From assembly GCA_043814605.1 (NCBI GenBank), contig JBDRJV010000005.1:11453-75452 (forward strand): 64,000 bases of DNA, in the 5' to 3' direction. This stretch comes from Candidatus Omnitrophota bacterium (GTDB lineage: Bacteria; Omnitrophota; Gorgyraeia; B26-G9). Under the pieces are notes generated by a model, which did not search any database, was not told the DNA's origin, and saw nothing but the letters and a program-made list of their open reading frames with translations. Both the position numbers and the translations under genes were made by a program. Positions 30,358 through 38,310 of the stretch are shown here, piece after piece (the stretch's first letter is position 1; each line of letters opens with the position of its first letter).

Positions 30358-31383
30358 ATGTTAAAAGAGGCGTTATTTTGGGATAAGCTTATTGGGGATA
30401 GTGTGCAGTGTGAATTATGTATGCGCAAATGTATTATTGATAGCGGAAAAATTGGCTGGTGCCAGGGGCGGTTAAATCAGGATGGGAAATTATATTCCTT
30501 AAATTATGGTAAAATTGCTTCTTTAAGTGTTTCGGCTATTGAAAAAAAACCGATGTTTCATTTTTTTCCTGGGACACGCTGGCTTTCAATTGGTAGTCTG
30601 GGTTGTAATTTTCGTTGCCAAGGTTGTTTGTCTTGGGATATAACGCATTGCGATATTAAAAAGAAAATAAATACAACACCATTCTTAACTCCGGAAATGG
30701 TGGTAAAAAAAGCCAAAAATAATGGATGTAAAGGAATCGCATTTACCTATAATGAGCCTACGGTATGGTTTGAATTTACGCTTGATGTTTGTAAGTTAGC
30801 TAAAGAAGCTGGATTATCAACTTGTTATGTGACAAATGGGTATATGTGTGCTGATGTTTTAGATATGATTGCTCCTTATTTAGATGGTTTCTGTTTGGAT
30901 ATTAAAGGTGCTTTTATGGAAAGTTATGATAGGATTGCAGATGCTACGGATATCAATATGATATTTAGTAACGGCAGTGATGCTAAACGCAAGCATGCAA
31001 TGCACATTGAAGTAGTAACTAATATTATTCCGGGTTATAATTCTAATGAAAAAGAATTGAAAGAAATTGCCGATTGGATTTTTGCAGAATTAGGCAAAGA
31101 TACGCCCTGGCACTTAACCCGATTTTTTCCCTACGGAGAATTAAAAGAAATTGCTCCGACACCGCTGGGATTATTAGAAAATACCCGGGAAATGGCGAAA
31201 AGAGAAGGGCTCTTTTATGTTTATATAAGTAATATCCCAGGGCATGAAGCAGCGTATACTTTTTGTCAAAAATGTAAAAAACCGGTTATAAAAAGAAAAG
31301 AATATGATGAAATAGAAAGTAAACTTAAAGAAGGACGCTGTCCGCATTGCAAGTCATTGATTTTTGGGATATTCCCTTATTGA
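30358..31383 (+). CDS. AmmeMemoRadiSam system radical SAM enzyme-like
   Basis: VQCELCMRKC, IEKKPMFHFFPG, GCNFRCQGC, FTYNEPT. Confidence 0.85.
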   Translation: MLKEALFWDKLIGDSVQCELCMRKCIIDSGKIGWCQGRLNQDGKLYSLNYGKIASLSVSAIEKKPMFHFFPGTRWLSIGSLGCNFRCQGCLSWDITHCDIKKKINTTPFLTPEMVVKKAKNNGCKGIAFTYNEPTVWFEFTLDVCKLAKEAGLSTCYVTNGYMCADVLDMIAPYLDGFCLDIKGAFMESYDRIADATDINMIFSNGSDAKRKHAMHIEVVTNIIPGYNSNEKELKEIADWIFAELGKDTPWHLTRFFPYGELKEIAPTPLGLLENTREMAKREGLFYVYISNIPGHEAAYTFCQKCKKPVIKRKEYDEIESKLKEGRCPHCKSLIFGIFPY

Positions 31384-31450
31384 TTTTTAGAGTTTTTTAA
31401 GCAGCATCAAAAAGGTGAGTTAATTTTGTGAGTAACGAATATAAGTTACT

Positions 31451-32221
31451 ATGGCAAATATGATAAAAACCCCAGCCAGCGATAATATCATGCCACAGCG
31501 GGTAAATAAAAATGTCCATTTTTTTAATAAATCTCAGACTCAAAAATCAAATAAAAAATTTAGCCAGATTTATCAAAAATTATACTCGAATTACGGGGCT
31601 CAGTATTGGTGGCCGGCAAAAACCAAGATTGAAATGATTGTCGGGGCGGTATTAACCCAAAATACAGCATGGAGTAATGTTGAATTAGCGATTAAAAATT
31701 TAAAACAAGTGCAGGGTTTAAGTATTAAGACGTTAAAAAAAATAAAACTAGGTGATCTAGCAAATTTAATTAGGCCTTCCGGCTATTATAATTTAAAAGC
31801 TATACGCATTAAAAATTTTATTAAATTTTTAATGGTAAAATATTCTGGTTCTTTAAAATTAATGTGTAAACAACCAACTAAAAATTTACGTGAACAATTG
31901 CTTTCCGTAAATGGTTTGGGCCCAGAAACAGTAGATTGTATTTTGCTTTATGCGGGCCGAAAACGAGTTTTTGTTGTGGATGCATATACCCGGCGAATTT
32001 TTGACTGCCAGGGATTAATTAACCGTACGGATCGTTATGAGGAAATTCAAAAGCAGATAATGTTCAATTTGCCTCGCAGTATAAAAATTTATAATCAGTT
32101 TCATGCTTTAATCGTGGCTCTGGGAAAGAATATCTGCCGCAAGCGGAATCCGCTTTGTCCGCAGTGCCTGCTTTTGGCAGGACGGAAAAAAAAGAAGACA
32201 TATGCCGATAAAAAAATTTAA
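31451..32221 (+). CDS. endonuclease III-related HhH-GPD protein (start uncertain)
   Basis: YWWP, GAVLTQNTAW, IRPSGYY, GLGPETVD, VVDAYTRRI. Confidence 0.85.
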   Translation: MANMIKTPASDNIMPQRVNKNVHFFNKSQTQKSNKKFSQIYQKLYSNYGAQYWWPAKTKIEMIVGAVLTQNTAWSNVELAIKNLKQVQGLSIKTLKKIKLGDLANLIRPSGYYNLKAIRIKNFIKFLMVKYSGSLKLMCKQPTKNLREQLLSVNGLGPETVDCILLYAGRKRVFVVDAYTRRIFDCQGLINRTDRYEEIQKQIMFNLPRSIKIYNQFHALIVALGKNICRKRNPLCPQCLLLAGRKKKKTYADKKI

Positions 32222-32483
32222 ATGCGATAGCTGCGGTTTAGAATTTAATAAACAGCAAAAGTATTGTGCAAAGATAGAATTGTTTGCTAATCCGCAGGTA
32301 GAATTAAGCGAAAATGATTTGAAGCAGAACACGCGCCAGAAGATTAATGAAATCATCCAGGCAGCAAAAAATATTGATGTTAATAAGCTTGAAGAAGATG
32401 TGTATATTTGTTATCATTTAAACTTGTGTAAAAGGTGCCGGGACGTTTTTTTGCAGCGCCTGAAACTCAAGGAATTTATATAA
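32202..32483 (+). CDS. small putative zinc-binding protein
   Basis: CDSC near N-terminus and CKRC near C-terminus; overlaps nth-like gene, 1 nt before surE. Confidence 0.7.
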   Translation: MPIKKFKCDSCGLEFNKQQKYCAKIELFANPQVELSENDLKQNTRQKINEIIQAAKNIDVNKLEEDVYICYHLNLCKRCRDVFLQRLKLKEFI

Positions 32484-32484
32484 T

Positions 32485-33237
32485 ATGAGAATTTTATTAA
32501 CAAATGATGATGGAATTAATGCCGAGGGTCTTTATGCTTTATATGATTGTTTACATAAGAATCATGATGTAATTGTCTGTGCGCCGGAAGCCGAACGCAG
32601 TGCGGTCGGGCACGCAATAACTTTAAGCAAGCCGCTAAGGGTGAAAAAAATTTTAAGAAATAAAAAATTTTTCGGGTTTGCAGTTAATGGCACACCGGCT
32701 GATTGTGTAAAAATTGCACTGCGTAGTCTTTTAAAAAAAACACCGCAATTAATAGTTTCGGGAATAAATCACGGTCCCAATTTAGGATCGGATATAATGT
32801 ATTCCGGTACAGTATCTGCGGCAACGGAAGGGACAATTTTAGGGATTCCTTCAATTGCATTTTCCTTGGCTGCATATGAAAATCATAATTTTAGTTTTGC
32901 TGCTGAGTTTTCACGAGTGTTAGTGAAAAAAATTGCTAAAATTGGTTTGCCGGACGGCGTATTGTTAAATGTAAATATCCCGGGTATTCCCAGAAGTGAA
33001 ATACGCGGGGTTAAGGTAACAAAACAAGGGCGCTCATTATATGTAGAAAAATTTGTAAAAAGGATTGATCCGCGAGGCCGTTTGTATTATTGGCTAACCG
33101 GAAAAGTAAAATGGTTGAAAAAACCCAAAGATTCTGATATAAAAGCAATTGAAGATAATTTTATTTCAATTACACCCTTACAATTTGATTTAACCCATTA
33201 TGGTTTTTTGGAAGAACTAAGAAAATTGATTTTATAG
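32485..33237 (+). CDS. surE: 5'/3'-nucleotidase SurE
   Basis: LTNDDGI, GTPADCV, SGINHG.N, YSGTV. Confidence 0.95.
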   Translation: MRILLTNDDGINAEGLYALYDCLHKNHDVIVCAPEAERSAVGHAITLSKPLRVKKILRNKKFFGFAVNGTPADCVKIALRSLLKKTPQLIVSGINHGPNLGSDIMYSGTVSAATEGTILGIPSIAFSLAAYENHNFSFAAEFSRVLVKKIAKIGLPDGVLLNVNIPGIPRSEIRGVKVTKQGRSLYVEKFVKRIDPRGRLYYWLTGKVKWLKKPKDSDIKAIEDNFISITPLQFDLTHYGFLEELRKLIL

Positions 33238-33242
33238 GATAG

Positions 33243-33617
33243 ATGAGCATGAAATCACAAGAAGACTTGATCAGTGTTTTAAATGGTATTTGTCAAAAAG
33301 ATTTAAGGTATAAACTTGATGCATATACTTTTGTTCTTGCGGGATTAAACTATACAATGGAAAAATTAAATCGCCAAGGTCATTTAAGCGGAGCAGAGCT
33401 TTCTCAGGGGTTAAGGGAATATGCGTTAGAACTATACGGGCGAATGGCTAAAACAGTCCTGGAACATTGGGGTGTAGAAAACACCATTGATTTTGGGATA
33501 ATTGTTTTTAATATGGTGGATTCAGGAGTGTTGGGAAAAACAGATAATGACAAAATTGATGATTTTAAAAACCAATTTGATTTTAAAAAAGTTTTTGAAG
33601 ATGAATTTAGCTGCTAG
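33243..33617 (+). CDS. Verrucomicrobia/Planctomycetes-type conserved protein (Minf_1886/TIGR04138-like)
   Basis: DLRY..DAY.FV, HLSGAEL, YGRMAKTVLEHWG, DFGIIVFNMV. Confidence 0.75.
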   Translation: MSMKSQEDLISVLNGICQKDLRYKLDAYTFVLAGLNYTMEKLNRQGHLSGAELSQGLREYALELYGRMAKTVLEHWGVENTIDFGIIVFNMVDSGVLGKTDNDKIDDFKNQFDFKKVFEDEFSC

Positions 33618-33661
33618 GTGATATTTGTTTTTGGAAAACAGGTAAATAGTTTTTAAAAGCA

Positions 33662-33690
33662 TTGAAAAATAATCAAGACTGTGGTATAAT
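33662..33690 (+). promoter_or_regulatory. strong sigma70-type promoter of the riboswitch RNA
   Basis: TTGAAA-17 nt-TATAAT with extended -10 TG; predicted TSS ~33696-33698. Confidence 0.75.
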
Positions 33691-33719
33691 TTTAAATGAA
33701 GCCGATAAAGGCAAACCTG

Positions 33720-33792
33720 TCCTGAATGAGATTCTCTATTTAATGAAATTTAGGACTCTGACGACAAATAAGGTTTATTGTGTCTATCAGAG
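33720..33792 (+). repeat. 73-nt double-hairpin insert 1 in aptamer P2
   Basis: TCCTGAAT..ATTTAGGA (36 nt) + CTCTGA..TCAGAG (37 nt); removal gives CCTGCT-GAAA-AGCAGG. Confidence 0.8.
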
Positions 33793-33808
33793 CTGAAAAG
33801 CAGGGGCG

Positions 33809-33880
33809 TCCTCCCATTTGAGAAGTAGAGTTCGCAGTGGTGGACCTTGAAAATGATAATTTATTTTTGATTTTTCAGGG
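33809..33880 (+). repeat. 72-nt double-hairpin insert 2 in aptamer P2
   Basis: TCC..GGA (36 nt) + CCTTGAAAA..TTTTCAGGG (36 nt); removal gives GGGGCGCAAAAC. Confidence 0.8.
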
Positions 33881-34085
33881 CAAAACTTCAGGCCTAAAGT
33901 GGTTATAGTGACTGCAGTCGTTTTTCTAGTTTCCAGTAACCCATCTGGAAGAGAAATAATTAAGCTTAGACTGTAGTGGGTGATAAGCGCAATGGTGGCT
34001 GAGTTGCCGGAAGAAGAGTACCTTTATCGGCTTTCATATCAGATTTCTTTTTAACCAATCTTTATATTCTTTTTTCTCCTTAGAT

Positions 34086-34120
34086 TATCTAATCTCAGCT
34101 CATCTTATCTTATCTCATAT
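34086..34120. repeat. degenerate pentamer tandem repeat (NATCT)x7
   Basis: tatct aatct cagct catct tatct tatct catat. Confidence 0.55.
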
Positions 34121-34277
34121 TAATAAGTTAATGCATAAATAACCAAAATAAAAATCAGGTATGTTTTACTTGCGTCTGGCTATTTGTAAGCTGGATATTT
34201 TTTACTTCTCACATTGATATATTAATGTGCTTAAAGTATTGTTCAAGCTGACTAAACTGTGCTATAATTTTTATACT

Positions 34278-34733
34278 ATGAAAATGAATAAAGCGTTTAC
34301 AATAATCGAATTAATTGTTGTCCTGGGTATAATCTGTTTGATTTTAGGCCTGACTACAGCACATTTTTTTAATTTTAAGACAGCGAGTGCGTTAAAAATT
34401 GAGGCTTTAAATATTCTTAGTGTTTTAAATCAGGCAAGATCATTGGCAATTACAAACCAGGAAAATTATAAAGTTGTTTTTGATCTTATTAATAATAAGT
34501 TTGTGATCAAGGATAATTTAGATGTAAACGTGGAAATAGAAAAAAATCTCAATAATGGGATCAGTATTGACCGGACCACATTTAGTATGGATACAGTTAT
34601 TTTTAATGCCCAAGGCGGCTTATCCGGAGCTCGGGGTAAAATTTTTATTAAAAATAGCGCGAATAAATTTTATACAATAAATATTGAAAATACGACCGGG
34701 AGAATTAAGATTTATAATTTTGAACAGACGTGA
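34278..34733 (+). CDS. GspH/FimT-like minor (pseudo)pilin
   Basis: Class III signal KA|FTIIELIVV with E5, ARSLAI, FNAQG, TGRIKI; TGCTATAAT ends 9 nt upstream of ATG. Confidence 0.85.
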   Translation: MKMNKAFTIIELIVVLGIICLILGLTTAHFFNFKTASALKIEALNILSVLNQARSLAITNQENYKVVFDLINNKFVIKDNLDVNVEIEKNLNNGISIDRTTFSMDTVIFNAQGGLSGARGKIFIKNSANKFYTINIENTTGRIKIYNFEQT

Positions 34734-36064
34734 AAAAAATACTTTTGATTAACCCCTGGATTCATGATTTTGCCGCCTATGATTTATGGATGTATCCTTT
34801 AGGGCTTTTAAACATTGCCGCTTTATGTAAACAGCCTCAAATTGAAATTAATTTTATTGATTTTTTAGACCGCTTTGAACCAAGTTGTAAAATTACCCAA
34901 CGTGATAAATCCCCCACGGCCATTTTTGGTACCGGGCATTTTCTTAAACAGGAAATTAATAAACCGAAAGTTATTTCTACGGTTAATCGTAAGTTTTTTC
35001 GCTACGGTTTACCGGAAAATATACTGCAAAAAAAATTAACGCTATTTAATCCAGATTTAATTTTAGTAACATCCGGAATGACTTATTGGTATGAGGGGGT
35101 TAAGCAAACAATAAATTTTCTCCAAAAATATTATGGAAAATGCCCGATAGTTTTAGGGGGGATTTATGCAACATTAATTCCCGAACATGCCCGGACCCAG
35201 ACAAAAGCGGATCAGGTTTTTATCGGGGGCAATAAGCAAGAGATTATTCAGCTGATCAATAGTTTGCTTAAGATTAATATCCCTTTTGAAAAAAATAAAT
35301 GTTTATTTCCGGAATTAAGTTTATTAAGCAATAAAAAAGCCTTGCCAGTATTTACTGGTTTCGGGTGTCCCTATAGATGTACATATTGCGCATCTAAAAA
35401 AATCTTTCCGGAATTTAAACAAAAAGAGCCAAAAAATATAATTAATCAAATTGAGTTTTGTGTGAGAAATTTCAAAACAAAGGATTTTGTTTTTTATGAT
35501 GATGCATTACTGGTAAATCCGGACCGTGTAATTAAACCCCTGTTAAGAAAAATTGTAAAAAAGAAACTGGGAATACGTTTTCATACCCCGAACGGATTGC
35601 ACGCAAGATTCATTGATTTAGAATTAGCAGAATTAATGTATGCATCTAATTTTAAAACAATCCGTCTTTCTTTAGAGTCAACTGCAGCTAATTTGCAACA
35701 AAAAAGTGATTATAAAATTACTAATCAAGAATTAAAAACAGCAGTAAAGCTGCTTTTTAAAGCTGGTTTTAGAAAACCGGAAGTTGGTGTGTATACTTTG
35801 TTTGGGTTTCCCGAGCAGACACAAGCAGCGATAAAAAATGATATTGATTTTGTTTATTCATTAGGGGCTCAGATTAAATTGTCCAGTTATGCTTTAGTTC
35901 CTAAAACTCAGGAATGGGATAATGCTGTTAAAAATAATTTTATTAAAAGAGATACAGATCCTTTACTCTTAAGTCATACAGTATTTCCACTATTATTTGC
36001 CGGGTTTAAAGAACAAGATATCAGAACCATACGCAGGTATGCAGTGAGCTTAAATAAAAAATAA
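34730..36064 (+). CDS. cobalamin-binding radical SAM protein
   Basis: LLINPWIHDFAAYDLW.PLGLL, LGGIYATL, GCPYRCTYC, FYDDALL, HTPNGLH. Confidence 0.85.
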   Translation: MKKILLINPWIHDFAAYDLWMYPLGLLNIAALCKQPQIEINFIDFLDRFEPSCKITQRDKSPTAIFGTGHFLKQEINKPKVISTVNRKFFRYGLPENILQKKLTLFNPDLILVTSGMTYWYEGVKQTINFLQKYYGKCPIVLGGIYATLIPEHARTQTKADQVFIGGNKQEIIQLINSLLKINIPFEKNKCLFPELSLLSNKKALPVFTGFGCPYRCTYCASKKIFPEFKQKEPKNIINQIEFCVRNFKTKDFVFYDDALLVNPDRVIKPLLRKIVKKKLGIRFHTPNGLHARFIDLELAELMYASNFKTIRLSLESTAANLQQKSDYKITNQELKTAVKLLFKAGFRKPEVGVYTLFGFPEQTQAAIKNDIDFVYSLGAQIKLSSYALVPKTQEWDNAVKNNFIKRDTDPLLLSHTVFPLLFAGFKEQDIRTIRRYAVSLNKK

Positions 36065-36204
36065 AAGTTCTAAGTTATAGTATCTTTGAACTGTAATAAT
36101 TTGGATATAAAAGTTAGATTTTCGAGTCACTTCATTTAATTGAAAAAATAGTAAGAATATGATAAGCTCAAACAATTAGAGGAGTTAAAGAAAGGGAGAA
36201 TATC

Positions 36205-36525
36205 ATGATTAGTCTTGAAGAATTTAAGAAAATAGAATTAAGAGTAGCGAAAATTAAAGAAGTTTCGGATCATCCGGATGCAGATAAATTACTAGTACTT
36301 AAAATTGAAGTAGGAGAAGAGCTAAAGCAGATTGTTGCCGGGATTAAACTGCATTACTCAAAAGAAGAGTTAGTTGATAAGCAAATTGTTATCGTAAATA
36401 ATCTTGAACCTGTTATTATAAGAGGACAAGAAAGCCAGGGTATGCTGTTGGCTGCATCAGATGAAAATACTCTTACATTAATAACACCGGAAAAAAGAAT
36501 CAGTTGCGGGGCTTTTGTAAAATAA
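36205..36525 (+). CDS. MetRS C-terminal/Trbp111-like tRNA-binding protein
   Basis: HPDADKLL, IVAGIK, NLEP..IRGQESQGMLLAA. Confidence 0.9.
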   Translation: MISLEEFKKIELRVAKIKEVSDHPDADKLLVLKIEVGEELKQIVAGIKLHYSKEELVDKQIVIVNNLEPVIIRGQESQGMLLAASDENTLTLITPEKRISCGAFVK

Positions 36526-36572
36526 CTTTTCTAAAGCTATAAAAATAAAATTTTACTAGTTTGTTAAAATTA

Positions 36573-36601
36573 TTGACTAAACATAAATTATTATGTATAC
36601 T
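36573..36601 (+). promoter_or_regulatory. sigma70-type promoter of second secretin
   Basis: TTGACT-17 nt-TATACT. Confidence 0.65.
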
Positions 36602-36633
36602 ATAATTAATTATATTAATAATGGAGAGGGATC

Positions 36634-38124
36634 GTGGTCAAAAAAAAAGGATTTTTTTTCCTTACAATTAGTGTAATTCTTTTCTTTATCTGCATTCCTT
36701 TTGTATTTTCAGCGGAAAAACTCATTACTATTGAAGCAGAAAATACAGAAATTGCTGCAGTTATTAAAGCTATTGCAAAACAAGCCGGAATCAATCATGT
36801 AATTACGAACAATGTTATCGGTCAGGTAACATTAGCGCTGGAAAATGTGGCTGTAACCGATGCATTAGATGCAGTATTAAAACCAAATAATTATATGTAT
36901 TTTATAGAACAAGGCATTCTAAATGTTTATTCTAATGTGGACTTAAAACAAAATGAACGCTTTGCTCAAATTAAAACTAAGGTCTATACTCTTAACTATG
37001 CAGATGTTTTAGATTTACAGAGAGCTTTGCTTTCCATGAAATCTCCGCGCGGCCGGATCGAACTCAATGAAAAAGCAAATCAAATAATCATTAGTGATAC
37101 CCAGGAAAAGATCGATGAATTTGAAATTGCTTTGCAAAGATTAGATCAGGAAGAAGTTGTCAAGAAATTCAAATTAGTTTTTGCTAATGCCCAGGATATC
37201 AGAGATAAATTAAGACAGTTTATTTCTGAAAAAAAAGGTAAGGTTTTTGTGGATAGCCGTACCAATAGTATTGTGGTTAAGGCAACGCCGATTATTCTCA
37301 AAGATGTTGATGAATTAATTAACGGCTGGGATGTAAAGAGTAAGCAAGTGCTGATTGAAGCTAAAATTTTTCAGGTAACTTTGGATGACACGGAAAAAAC
37401 GGGTATTGATTGGGAATATGTAAAAGGTAAATATGATTTACATACTAATTTTTCGCAGAGTGTTACCACCGGCGGAGTATTTCAAGTAGGGGCTTTAAAC
37501 CGCCGAAATTATAAAGCAATATTAGAATTTCTTCAATCAACAACAGATACCGATGTTCTTTCCTCACCCCGGATTGTGGTTATGGATGGTAAAGAAGCCA
37601 GTATCCTGGTGGGAAGCAGTGAGCCATATACGGTTCAGCAAAAAGATGTAGATACTGGATTAATTACCACAGAGACGAAATTTCTGGATGTAGGTATTAA
37701 ATTAAATGTTACACCCCAAATAACCGAAGATAATTTTGTGATCATGAAGATACATCCGGAAGTTAGTTCGGCACGGCGTGTGGCTGAGGTGGATAATGCT
37801 TTAGCTATTGATACAACAGAAGCAGATACAACAATGATGGTTCAGGATGGGGATACAGTTATTCTGGGAGGACTGATTAAGGATTCCGATGTGACTACAG
37901 TTAACAAACTGCCGATTCTCGGGGATATCCCGGTTTTAGGGTTGTTCTTTAAAAGTAATTCAGTGACAAAAGTTAAACAGGAAATAATTGTTTTTATTAC
38001 GCCGCATATATCTAATTTGGATAATAATTTTGAGGTAATGCTTGATGAGGCTAAAAGAGTAGAAGAATTAACAAAAAGAAGTATACAGCTAAGACAAGAA
38101 ATTGATGAGCAGTCTTTTGAATAA
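36634..38124 (+). CDS. secretin (GspD/PilQ family), second copy
   Basis: Signal peptide, N0 + two N domains, QVLIEAKI, LSSPRIV, KLPILGDIPVLG, IVFITPHI. Confidence 0.9.
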   Translation: MVKKKGFFFLTISVILFFICIPFVFSAEKLITIEAENTEIAAVIKAIAKQAGINHVITNNVIGQVTLALENVAVTDALDAVLKPNNYMYFIEQGILNVYSNVDLKQNERFAQIKTKVYTLNYADVLDLQRALLSMKSPRGRIELNEKANQIIISDTQEKIDEFEIALQRLDQEEVVKKFKLVFANAQDIRDKLRQFISEKKGKVFVDSRTNSIVVKATPIILKDVDELINGWDVKSKQVLIEAKIFQVTLDDTEKTGIDWEYVKGKYDLHTNFSQSVTTGGVFQVGALNRRNYKAILEFLQSTTDTDVLSSPRIVVMDGKEASILVGSSEPYTVQQKDVDTGLITTETKFLDVGIKLNVTPQITEDNFVIMKIHPEVSSARRVAEVDNALAIDTTEADTTMMVQDGDTVILGGLIKDSDVTTVNKLPILGDIPVLGLFFKSNSVTKVKQEIIVFITPHISNLDNNFEVMLDEAKRVEELTKRSIQLRQEIDEQSFE

Positions 38125-38310
38125 ATAGAAATTTAAAAAGGTAGCAGGCCTTTATTAAAAATAGATAAGCGCAGTTATGTCGTACTGTTTTTATTTTTTT
38201 AAGCAACGTATAACCAGATCATATTTTAATAAAATGCAGTTGGTAATTTCCCTGAAAGCTAGGAAATAAGTTAAAAAATAATATATCAATGAGGAGATTT
38301 ATAATTTTCC

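Larger units (their letters stand above)
33696..34037 (+). ncRNA. c-di-GMP-I (GEMM) riboswitch-like RNA, enlarged by two inserts in P2 and a long P3
   Basis: CCGATAAAGGCAAACCTG..CTGAAAAGCAGGGGCG..CAAAACTTCAGGCCTAA..ATGGTGGCTGAGTTGCCGG reproduces the GEMM consensus, including G20/A47/C92 equivalents, the GAAA tetraloop and a receptor-like element. Confidence 0.85.

Noticed and set aside
33719-33800. Hammerhead ribozyme suggested by CTGACGA, GAAA and GTC
   Set aside because: CTGA is paired in the CTCTGA/TCAGAG stem, stem II does not lead directly to GAAA, and GAAA is explained as the GEMM tetraloop
33720-33880. CRISPR array suggested by ~36-nt units
   Set aside because: Units are not identical repeats alternating with spacers, and no cas genes are in the window
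33696-34037. tmRNA, RNase P, 6S or SRP identity for the ~340-nt end-paired RNA
   Set aside because: No tRNA-like ends, no GAGGAAAGUCC RNase P motif, no SRP domain IV; GEMM motifs fit in the correct order
34176-34192. sigma54 promoter (GG-N10-GC) upstream of the pilin gene
   Set aside because: TGGCTAT..AAGC matches the TGGCACG..TTGC consensus poorly
36634-36663. KGFFF shared by the PilQ C-terminus and the second secretin N-terminus
   Set aside because: Short A/T-rich low-complexity match; likely chance
38136-38150. ops/JUMPStart element before the co-polymerase gene
   Set aside because: Only GGTAGC matches; the GGCGGTAG core is absent
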